Below are positions 8,814 through 18,566 of a stretch of 20,000 bases of DNA, in pieces (position 1 is the stretch's first letter; each line of letters starts with the position of its first letter). The translations under genes were made by a program, and so were the position numbers. The DNA is taken from assembly GCF_000743755.1 (NCBI RefSeq), contig NW_014569533.1:60556-80555 (forward strand). Reading direction: 5' to 3'. The notes below the pieces were generated by a model. The model made no database searches. It was given only the letters and a program-made list of their open reading frames with translations, and was not told the origin of the DNA. The DNA is from Blastocystis sp. subtype 4 (Eukaryota).

Positions 8814-9938
8814 CTAAACTCGTTCATTAATTGCATCTTGGAACATATCAATCATGCGATCAACACAATAATCGAAATCGAATACTTTACTCTCCTCGAC
8901 GTACTTCTGACTCAGAGCCTTCTTTTCCTCTGGATGCTCGAACCAGTAGTCAATGCGATCGGCCAAATCCTGGGCATTGCCATGCTTAAAGAGACTCTTC
9001 TCGTCTAGCGCGAACTGCTTGGTGGCAGACATGGAACTGTTCGAGATCACAGGTACAAGACCACATGCAAATGCTTCCATACAGGAAATGGCCTCACTCT
9101 CCACATCAGCAGCATGTACATACAGATCGCACATGTTGTATAAGTTCACTAGATCACTCTGGGAATAGAATCCAAAGATTACTGGATTTGGGAGACACTG
9201 AGCCAGTTTGCGATACTTCTCCTCTTTTGGTCCATGACCAGCCAGAATCAATTGTATCGAATCTGCATGTTTACTTATCTTGCATGCCTTAATGAGCACA
9301 TCTTGACGCTTTTCTTTTGATAAACGACCAACCATCAGAATGCAGAACTTGCCTTTCAGTGATGGAATTTTGGGAACTTCTTTTGGCTTGAATGCAGAAC
9401 AAATTCCATTGGAAATCACATACTTCTTCGCCTCATAGTGATGCTTCTCAATTTCATCAGCCATAAACTGACTTGGACAGTGAATTCGATCAAAATGCTT
9501 ATAGTAGTACATACGGATCCAATCATAAATCCACCCAGACAAAAATGGACAATGACTCATACCTGCGTTGTATGTTACATGTTGTGCCTGAACGTGCATA
9601 GCTGTGGTACATGGTATACCACGTTTTTTAGCCAGTTTCATGACTCGCTTTTCAAGTGGAAACGGCATGTAACAGTGCACAATATCCGCTCCATCAAGAG
9701 CACGATTGATGATAGAATCATCTGGCCTACCAAATACCATCCCATTCCATGAAGCAACAGTAGGAATCAACCCGTGCTCCACCTTCTGAACAATATACTT
9801 ATTGGGACCTTCTGTCCCTGTGCAGATAATACGAACTTCATGGCCTCTGGCCTGTAATGCATCAACAAGTCGGCGTGCAGAAACTGTAGTACCATTGTTT
9901 GTGGAGTTATACAGGTCGGTAACGATTACAACAATCAT
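8814..9938 (-). CDS. GT4-family glycosyltransferase (bacterial 1,2-diacylglycerol glycosyltransferase-like), intronless
   Basis: First ATG at 9938 (MIVVIVTDLYNSTNNGTTVSARRLVDALQARGHEV); ADIVHCYMPF, IHCPS, VISNGI, ILMVGRLSKEKRQDVLI, DLYVHAADVESEAISCMEAFACG (Ex7E of retaining GT-B enzymes); 374 codons without an intron. Confidence 0.92.
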   Translation of the reverse strand: MIVVIVTDLYNSTNNGTTVSARRLVDALQARGHEVRIICTGTEGPNKYIVQKVEHGLIPTVASWNGMVFGRPDDSIINRALDGADIVHCYMPFPLEKRVMKLAKKRGIPCTTAMHVQAQHVTYNAGMSHCPFLSGWIYDWIRMYYYKHFDRIHCPSQFMADEIEKHHYEAKKYVISNGICSAFKPKEVPKIPSLKGKFCILMVGRLSKEKRQDVLIKACKISKHADSIQLILAGHGPKEEKYRKLAQCLPNPVIFGFYSQSDLVNLYNMCDLYVHAADVESEAISCMEAFACGLVPVISNSSMSATKQFALDEKSLFKHGNAQDLADRIDYWFEHPEEKKALSQKYVEESKVFDFDYCVDRMIDMFQDAINERV

Positions 9939-10533
9939 AATCAACTATTTATGACAGCACCTTCCTCCCCTTTTCATCTATTCGAATATGATTGGAGAAC
10001 AAAAATATGATTACCAGTCATCTCAATTCCGTACTTCTTTCTTATTCTTTATTCTTTGGGATACAGTTTTTACCGGCTCTCATACATCGTGTTGCATCTA
10101 TTTCACGTGAATTAGAAGAATACATGTAGAATGTTTGTCTTCATTTCTTCTGTGAATATAATGAACGAAGAATAGTTATAGATCTTATACTGGGATTATT
10201 ACTAAATTACTAGTTAGAATGACTACATTTCATTAAATTGATGCTTTCAATAATATTTCCATTGTATACAAGCACTCGTGAACATCAGACCACCTGTTCC
10301 TGTTACAGTCCTATTTGGATGTCATCATTACTCTATATTCTGTGTTATCTCTTATCCAATTGGTTTCTGATTACCCTAATCAAGAATGGACCTATTTCTG
10401 ACAAGCTTCAACTTAGGATTATGAGCAAGAACGGGTGATCTCATGTAGAATCAATAATTAGGGGGGAGATTGTCAAGCCAGAAATTGTGCCTATTATTCT
10501 GTTATTCTTTCAGTTAATGAACTGCAAATACGA

Positions 10534-10790
10534 ATGATACCAGTATCATTCACTGTGGATCAGACTTCATTTTCTCTGGAATTTGATCCTGTTATAACAG
10601 TGCAGCAATATAAGACGTATTTCACTGTAATGACGAGAAACAATATTGATTGTTAGAAGGTTACTGGTGCTGGGTTCGAGGAGTTAATTTTCCTCTCTGG
10701 AGTGAACCAGTTGAATGTATCGGTTCCCTTATTGACTAAGTTATCTTCTGGATCTGAAGTTAGGATTGGGCGTGCTTTGACACAGTCTGT
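10534..10790 (+). CDS. Putative ubiquitin-like domain protein (gene boundaries unresolved)
   Basis: ATG 10534 with intron 10627-10656 (30 nt) gives MIPVSFTVDQTSFSLEFDPVITVQQYKTYFTKVTGAGFEELIFLSGVNQLNVSVPLLTKLSSGSEVRIG. Length and the TVxxxK..TG..L..L..GS pattern resemble a beta-grasp UBL; the 3' continuation is unclear. Confidence 0.35.
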
Positions 10791-11614
10791 AGTATGGGAT
10801 AATCATGACTGTGATATCCGTTGTTACTGGAAGAGAATGAATTCAAAGTATTTACTATGGAGAGTGAAGGGAATGCTTCGATTATGGTTCTGAACAATAA
10901 CTCAGTTGATATCAGAGATCGAATGATCATTGATACAGCTGCTTCCAAGTTAGTTCTGGTGTCCACCTCAGAGGGAACAACTCTTTGGATCCGTAATGGT
11001 AGTATAGGATTTGATCTATTCCAATATGTGTGACTATTCAGTGAAGGTGTTTTTATGCCCACTAGTGGAACTGGTCTGTTAATAGTATGGAGCAGAGCTT
11101 GGGAGATGAGATTGTGATAGGTCAAGGTGTCTCAAAAGATAGTAAAATGTTTGCAAACTATCTAATAGAAACGGTTCGGGATGGGTTCAGAGGACTTCCG
11201 GGTTTTTCATAAGCTAATTGTGATGTTTGTTTTCATGATCATTGACATTCTAATCATCTTTTCCATTCTACTCTTGTTATTTTCCGGAGAGAATAGTTCA
11301 TTATCGTTGTGATAGTTCTGAGTACTAACTCAATTCGTACTCCAAAATGGTTGCTGAATTAGCTTAATTCTATTACCTTGATACTTCCTTCGCAGACAAA
11401 ACTGTGTGCATTCATCCTTGTCATTCTTCTTCATTGACTGTATCACCTTCTATACTCGTCTTCTCTATCTTTCTAGGCTCTTGTTTGATCCTCATCAACA
11501 AATCATGTGTTAACAGACACAAACAAAAATGGCCTTTTTTCTGACACTGACGCACAATAAACCCCACAGATTAAGTTTTCTTTACAGGTGATAGCTGTAT
11601 ATTCTTCTGCATAG

Positions 11615-12014
11615 TGTTCAATTGGAACAATATTGAACAGAATTGATACTCTTTCACGTTCGATGTCTTTCACAAGCATTAGCAATTCTCCTATGTACGT
11701 GAAAGATGGTTTAGCTACCTATGGTGGCTATCTTATTTCGGGCTATCAGCTTCCCAACCAACAATCATTGGTCTATAGTACCGTGAATGTGAGAATGGTT
11801 ATCACTTCTCATGAATTAGATGAATGGAGCAGAAAGTTTGCTTCCTTCTCACAGCAATGTTCAAGTTGTGCAATCGAGTGATTGTAAGCGTCCAGAGACA
11901 GAAAAGGGGTTCGTCAATGGAACTTATAATCCCTACCTTGCTCAAGGTGTTCAACAACTACATTTCACTCCTCCTCCTTCGTATGTTGTTGGTACGATTG
12001 TTTGTAGTTATTGA
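11615..12014 (+). CDS. 3' exons of a hypothetical protein ending in a PPPSY-containing tail
   Basis: ORFs 11633-11881 and 11820-12014 join in frame across a 31-nt GTGAG..TTAG intron ending at 11819; the tail reads YNPYLAQGVQQLHFTPPPSYVVGTIVCSY*. Upstream exons were not resolved. Confidence 0.35.
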
Positions 12015-12105
12015 AAATGAAGATGGGTTTTCGGATGTTAGTTCACCGAGTCGACTAAACTTAAAACGACTGTATTCGTTTTCGCAGTCACCACAGTTTA
12101 AGGAG

Positions 12106-13574
12106 ATGAAATACTCTCATCATTCATCAATTGAAGAGTTGGTGAGCCAACAGCTGCAGCGGAATGAGATGGATGGAATTAATCAAATACGCTTCGCAGC
12201 AACTCCGTCAATTCCAAAGAATGTTTGAGTTATGAAAAGAAACTAATGATTAGTATGCAAGCCAAATTGCAATGACCAATGCAGCATGGTCTCCTGAAGA
12301 TGTTGGCATGCTTCTCTTCGCCATGTATCGTGTTTTATTTCAGTCTCGACCTGATGCACCGAATGACATGATGATTCAGATTCCTGTGACATGTTTCATT
12401 CTTCTTCCGATCATGGTGACTCATTTTGTTGGCAAATTGATAGTATGTGATCGTAGACGCCTCTTCAACTACAAGATGGAATGGCTGTCAAGTCTGCCAT
12501 GCGTCAATTAGCATATTACACACAACAAACACATCGGCAAACCATTATTCGACCAGAAATCGTCTCAATAAGTGATATAAGATCATTTGGTTAATCTGTA
12601 GTGCGTCGTAAAAGTGCCGAAAATGGGTCACTGAATCGACGGTTCCTCATTTTCACAATTATCAAGGAATTGGATACAGAAGATGCATGCAAGTTGTTCT
12701 ATTTAAAATCGTTTCTACGCTGTTTCTACTTCGCAGTGCCTTCCATTCGAAATGATTTTCTCAGTGCCTTCACACTTTTTTTTGCAGAGCAAGTCGAATC
12801 GTCTCTCGTGTTTGAGCAAAGCTGTAATGTTGGGGAATTATCTCAGATGGTTATCAATACTCGAAACATGCAACATGATGAAATGACAGATCACAACCGA
12901 AGTGATCCTTGTGTATTCTTGTATCACAGACAAATGAGTTATCTGTTGGATTTCTGTTCCAGGTTTTTCATTCGACCTTTCCCAATAGTTCTTCTGAATT
13001 CTATTTTGGGTTTGTTTCGTTCTTCAATCATTCTTGTATCTCTATGTGTGTTTACTCATGCCTAGTCGTCATTTAGTATGGTTTCAAAGTGTCTATACAA
13101 TGTGATTCTTACTCAACCTGAGTTAGCTAATGTTGCTGCTCGTTTTTTTGTCAAAGCATGGCCTTGGAAGGATTCATCACGAGAAGTCCTCTTTTTACGG
13201 CAAGTAGAGTGCACATTATTCATTATTCCCGCGGATTATCAACGTTCTTTCTTCTCCATTGTATTCCCAAATGCAAAAGCAGCGTTAACTTCTCCAAATC
13301 GCTTTGTGTCTCTCCAGTCACTTCAAATGCTTATTCGAATCATCCAGAGTAGTATGGCAATTCTTAGTTCAAAGGTAAGTGGAATGCTATTATGATTCAT
13401 ATGAAGATGGTTCAAGGAATATCAGAAGCTCTATCGAATTTGCAGAATCATTGGTGTGATAGTGTTCGCCAGTATGGGAATATCTGTTTGCGGAACTTGT
13501 TGTTAAAAGCAGAACTCCGAGATTCGTCATCGTCAGAAGAATTCCGAGGTCGATCAGAAGCGTTCACCTCATAG
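12106..13574 (+). CDS. Divergent PP2A B56/B' regulatory subunit-like protein (multi-exon; start uncertain)
   Basis: FLIFTIIKELDTEDACKLFYLKSFLRCFY (cf. B56 [24 protein letters not shown]), CNVGELSQM (cf. HNGIAELLEIL), FFVKAWPWKDSSREVLFLRQVE (cf. [21 protein letters not shown]), ALTSPNRFVSLQSL (cf. CVSSPHFQVAERAL) and NHWCDSV (cf. HWNKTI), all in the right order. Confidence 0.75.
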
Positions 13575-13597
13575 CTACACTGTAGTTTCATTCAATT

Positions 13598-13612
13598 TGT
13601 TTGTAACAAACA
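13598..13612. terminator. Palindromic bidirectional poly(A) element between the B56-like gene and PRP39
   Basis: TGTTTGT-A-ACAAACA: 7-bp inverted repeat reading TGTTTGTA on + and the exact TGTTTGTT on -. Confidence 0.75.
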
Positions 13613-13616
13613 CAAT

Positions 13617-15758
13617 ATTGAGGTGCAGGAGTCGCTGCTGCTTGTGGATATCCATAATACTGATAGTACTGGTAATAGTACTGAGCATATTCAGGACTGT
13701 TGGGATCTGTAGGCATGGCAGGCATAGCAGGCATTGTTCCAGGAACAGTACCAGGAATGGCTGGATATGAAGCCATCTGTGTTTGTTGTGACTGGACAGG
13801 TTGTGAAGCGGGGATCGACTGTGTAGGTACTACAGGAGCACTTGGTGCAGTTCTCTTTTGTGAAGCCCGTTCTTCTTGTTGTGCAGCCTGTTCAGCACGT
13901 GCAGCCAACTTCCAAACTGAATAATCAGCCTTCAATCGGAGTAAATCCTGCACATCTGTACAGATGGTGGAAGAATAGTGTAGATACAACTCATAGAGAC
14001 TCACTTTGTCTTGATGACTGAGAGACGAAGCCAAGCAATCATTCAATAGAGCCAACAAGGCCTCTGCAGGCTTCTCTGCAACAGAATATTCGAAATTCAA
14101 ATAGAACTTCCAGAATACGAGCGATTCAGCACAACGGACCTTGTTATCCCCAAATACACTACGTGCTCGTGAGATGTCTTTACGTACCTTCCAGTAATAG
14201 TTCGCTATGTAAACTGCAATGAATGCATTTGCATCCTGACCATAGTCTATCCATCATTCTCATCTATCATATCAACCTTCTGTGGCCAAACGTTCCATCA
14301 GTTCTTCAGCTCCATCACGATCGTTATGTCGTAGCAACAACTCTACATAGAAGATTGATGCTTCAAGCAACTGAGGACATGTGGTCTCAAGAATGGAGTC
14401 GAGATACTGGCGTGTCTCATCAACTCGATCCACTTCCTCTAGCAATTGAGCCTTCAACAGCAACATGGAGACACTCTTAGGAAGATATGTCTGGAGACAG
14501 CGATCAACAATCTGCATTGTATCCTCATTCCCTCGAGCCAAATGCTATTCATCATTCACTCTGTTTAGTTCATACAGCCCATTCTACATATCGCATCCAG
14601 AACTCCTCATATAGAGCACATGGAATCAAACAGCGCTCAAATAACACTGTGATACTGTTCTAGTCTTCATCACTCCTAACCATTACTACCACATTCCCGT
14701 GAATCAGTTCATAATCCAAGTAATTCCTCCAATTGGTTAGATCGTTCTGACCTAAAGGCTTCACATGGAAATACAATCGCTTGAATCGCTTCTCATATCC
14801 TTCACGTTCCTTCACTTCCTTTAATGTAGCCTATAGTCTAACAAATAACGAACAGACATACTTCAAATGTTGCCTTCCTCAGATCGATCAACATCTGCTT
14901 CATGACCAATACTTTCTCTTCATCACTCTCTATTCATGATTTTGGAATTCCAAAAATACTCAACTTATTCGACACATCTTCTTCATAAGCACTTTCCAAA
15001 GCATCCAACTCCTCTTTAGTGGCTAACACTTGTACAGTTTCTTGTGAAGCGAATGCCATAAATGGGTCCCAATAGCTCTGTATATCCTTGAATGGAGTTG
15101 AGAGAATTTGACTGTACAAAGCGGCTACAGTTTCAGGGGTATTCTAAAATGAAATGAGAGAGACAGACGTACACAAGATGTCTCGAACATCACATAATTA
15201 TCCCATAACTTGCCACTTTTGGGATCAGTTCCTACAAGCGATACAGCCTTCTTGAAGTATCTAAAGATCATTTATCAACTGAGAAAGTCATACTCTCTTG
15301 CTTCCGATATTAAATATACCGAAGCGAACGTCATAAAGTATATCCACATATCCTATGGCTCATACTCTTTGAGCATACATACAACACAGTAGGGAGCAGC
15401 TTCAACACCACGGAGCCAAATACTCTTCACTCGTTGAACTGTGGCTGGATCTTGTAAGCTTCCTCTCTTGATTTCATTGTCGCAGTACTATTCAATCAAT
15501 ATAGAAGAATTAAACAAAACCTTCTTCCAATAGCCGTAACAAAGAGGGAAACGAGTCAAGAACGTGTCATAGTATTTACGAACAGTAGCAATATCCTACC
15601 AATTATGCATTACCTTTTAAACCCACTTGGTCATCTAGCTTACCGAGTAAGTCACTCCATGAGCTGAAATCATCAGGGTCCTTTTCAACTGCAGATTTTA
15701 AAGTTTCAAACTCATTTGGTCCTTCAAGAGAAGCAAGAAGAGCGCTGTCAATTGGCAT
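13617..15758 (-). CDS. PRP39: Pre-mRNA processing factor Prp39 (U1 snRNP HAT-repeat protein), multi-exon; stop probably created by polyadenylation after T13617
   Basis: ATG 15758 [41 protein letters not shown], then [25 protein letters not shown] (Prp39 signature), HAT repeats and a P/Q/Y-rich tail. The next genomic stop is TGA at 13588-13590. Confidence 0.88.
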
Positions 15759-15918
15759 TAGTTTGTCTAGACGACATTAGACTTCTGCTCAACCAAAATG
15801 CATACGACCTACTTGAAGCCTAAACAAAGCGATGATAAATGAAAGGGAATAGAATGACGTTTAATCCACGAGTTGGAGCGCTACGACAATTCGTTTTTCG
15901 TCATTTTCTCCACGAAGA

Positions 15919-18546
15919 ATGCCTCACTACAAAGTTGAGGATGATGACTTTGATGCCATGGATGTGATCGTCTTGAATTGAGTATCCAATGATTTAGTAG
16001 GATGCCAGTCTTGATGATGACATTGATATGGATATGGCAGATGAATACGATATCGGTACATATTTCAGCAAAGTATTTAGAATAGATGGGGGATTGGGTG
16101 TGATTGATTTTAGCATGTTACGACTCAAAGAGAATCACGAGACGAAGCCACTGTGGGTATGTCCCAATTTTCGAATCTTTTTAGACGTTTCTTCGAGACT
16201 CTATGAGAAAGTATCGATTTATGTATGCTGTTATGGCTAGGCAACGGACTTTCTAACAGCAATCGCAGAACCACTCTCTCGACCTCAATTCATCCATGAA
16301 TATCGAATTACGGACTCTTCTTTATATGGTGCTGTATCTGTTGGATTAGAGACCGATCTAATTATCAATCGATTGGAACAAATGTCTAAAGTGGAACTAA
16401 CAACTGAGATGATCGACCATATCAAAAGGAAAACTGCCACCTATGGTAAAGCAAAGTTAGTTCTTCGCAATGGAAAGTATAGAATATCCTTGATCTTGTG
16501 AATATGGTCTCTTAACAAACAAGTAGAAGCAAATAATGTATCAATTCGTCAAAAACTATTACAAATCAAAGATGTGGATGATTGTCGACTCTCGGACGAT
16601 GTATCGGAGATAAGTTGTATGAAGTATAGGAATGGGATGAAGAAGTGGCACAGGAAGAGCGATATGTTGAACGCGAAGATAATCTGGATGTTCTTGTTGG
16701 AATCATTTGATGAGTTCATGGATAGCGATTAGATCCCGAGTTGATGGATGGAGATGATGAGCCTGTGGAAGAAGATGTAGAATTAGAGAAAACCAAGATG
16801 ATTGTATCCTTTCCCATTCGTGATGGCATGGCTACTCGAGTGAAGGAGGTTGCGAAGATGCACAACTTCCCAATGATGGAAGAATACGATTTTCATCACG
16901 ATCCTCGCAATCGCAGTTTCCGCATTCATCTAGCCCCATCAACTCATTTACGTCCGTATCAAGAACGGTGTTTGAATAAAATGTTTGGCAATAGTCGGGC
17001 TCGTTCAGGCCTCATTGTATTGCCTTGTGGTGCAGTAAGAATGGAATCTTGCATTCAGGGTAGGGAAAGACATTGGTTGGAATTACAGCTGCCACTACAA
17101 TGAAGAAGAGTTGTATTGTTGTTTGTAACAGTAATCTGTCGGCATTGCAATGGCGTGATTCATTCCTTTCTTTCTGTGATGTTGCGGAAGGACGTGTTAA
17201 ACTTATGGTAAAAGACAAATTAGAGCCGATTTCTGGCCCATGTATTCTTATCACAACTTACTATCAACTGTTCCGCGGGAAAAAGATTCGTCAGGAGCGA
17301 GAAGCCTTATTGAACGAGATCGAACGTCGTGAATGGGGATTGCTGATTCTCGATGAAGTACATGTGTGTCCAGCTGCAAGCTTTCAGAAGGTTGTATCGA
17401 CTGTGAAGGCCCATTGCAAGCTGGGCTTAACAGCTACGTTGGTAAGAGAGGATGACAAAATCAAGGATCTGGATTTCCTAATTGGACCAAAACTGTATGA
17501 AGCCAATTGGATGGATTTGACAAATGTATTACTCTTTTAGGAATGTTAGAAATAGAAAGGATATTTGTCACCTGTAAAGTGTCTGGAAGTGTGGTGTGAT
17601 ATGCATCCCCTCTTTTACGAAGCGTATTTGCGTCAAACAGATTATGGCAAGAAGAAACTCCTCGGAGTATTGAATCCAGAGAAACTTCGTGCATTGGCAT
17701 TCCTCTTAGATTTGCATGAGAAGCGAGGGTTGATGAATGAAGTGAGAATGAAGTGTAGAGATAAGATCCTTGTGTTCTGTGACAGTATTTATCCCTTGCG
17801 AGTATTTGCTGATCTGTTTGGTTATCCTGTGTTGACAGGAAGTACCAGTGACTCGAAGCGAAAGCATGATTTGAGCGATTTTAGACAACGAAGTGATCGA
17901 AATGTGGTGTTTCTGAGTAAGATTGGTGATACCTCGATCGATCTGCCAGAAGCAACAGTACTAATTCAAGTGGAAGGACAAGAAGGATCACGTCGACAAG
18001 AAGCTCAACGTCTTGGTCGTATTTTGCGTCCCAAAATTGGGATGGGTTCGGATGCACAAGCCTTCTTCTATACCTTAGTAAGTCGAGATACGAAAGTGTG
18101 ATTGAACGAAAGGATTAAAATGTAGGAAGTGGGTAATGCGTTGAATCGTCAACGTTATTTGATGGCTCAGGGTTATACCTACAAGGTGTTAGTAAATATT
18201 ACCAAAGGAATGGATAAAAAGACTGTGGAGTCAGCAAAGGGGATGAAAGTATTGATGGATGAGAGACAGATTCAGACTGTACTACAAAAGGTGTGAGAAT
18301 AGGATAGATGTCATGATTAGGCTCTGGAAGTTAATTCGAAGTATTTGGATGAGAAGGAAAGGAAGAATTTGAAGAATGATGTTGATCGAGGTTTGGAACA
18401 CACTCCATTGAGTCGACAAAAGAAGAAGGGGAAGATGCTTCGTAAAACACAACAGGCTGTAAGAAAGAGGGGGAGATTCTAAGAACTAGGCCATTTATGC
18501 GGGTAGTGAGATGATGAAATACACAGAGAAACGAGTTAGAACATGA
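15919..18546 (+). CDS. XPB: TFIIH DNA repair helicase XPB/ERCC3/Ssl2, multi-exon
   Basis: [66 protein letters not shown] (Walker A across intron 17035-17063), [49 protein letters not shown]. The last intron 18459-18489 gives ..[19 protein letters not shown], with TGA at 18544-18546. Confidence 0.95.
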
Positions 18547-18548
18547 TT

Positions 18549-18564
18549 TGTTTGTTAAGAAACA
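18549..18564. terminator. Back-to-back bidirectional poly(A) elements between XPB and MYG1
   Basis: TGTTTGTT|AAGAAACA: exact motif on + (18549-18556) and TGTTTCTT on - (18564-18557); a 16-bp palindrome with one mismatched pair. Confidence 0.75.
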
Positions 18565-18566
18565 CA

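Noticed and set aside
9939..9944. TTG start for the glycosyltransferase given by the ORF track
   Set aside because: Eukaryotic context; an in-frame ATG lies two codons downstream at 9938.
13588..13616. C-terminal YCVCYKQIE of Prp39 as a Cys motif
   Set aside because: It is the translation of the TGTTTGTT element and lies beyond the predicted cleavage site.
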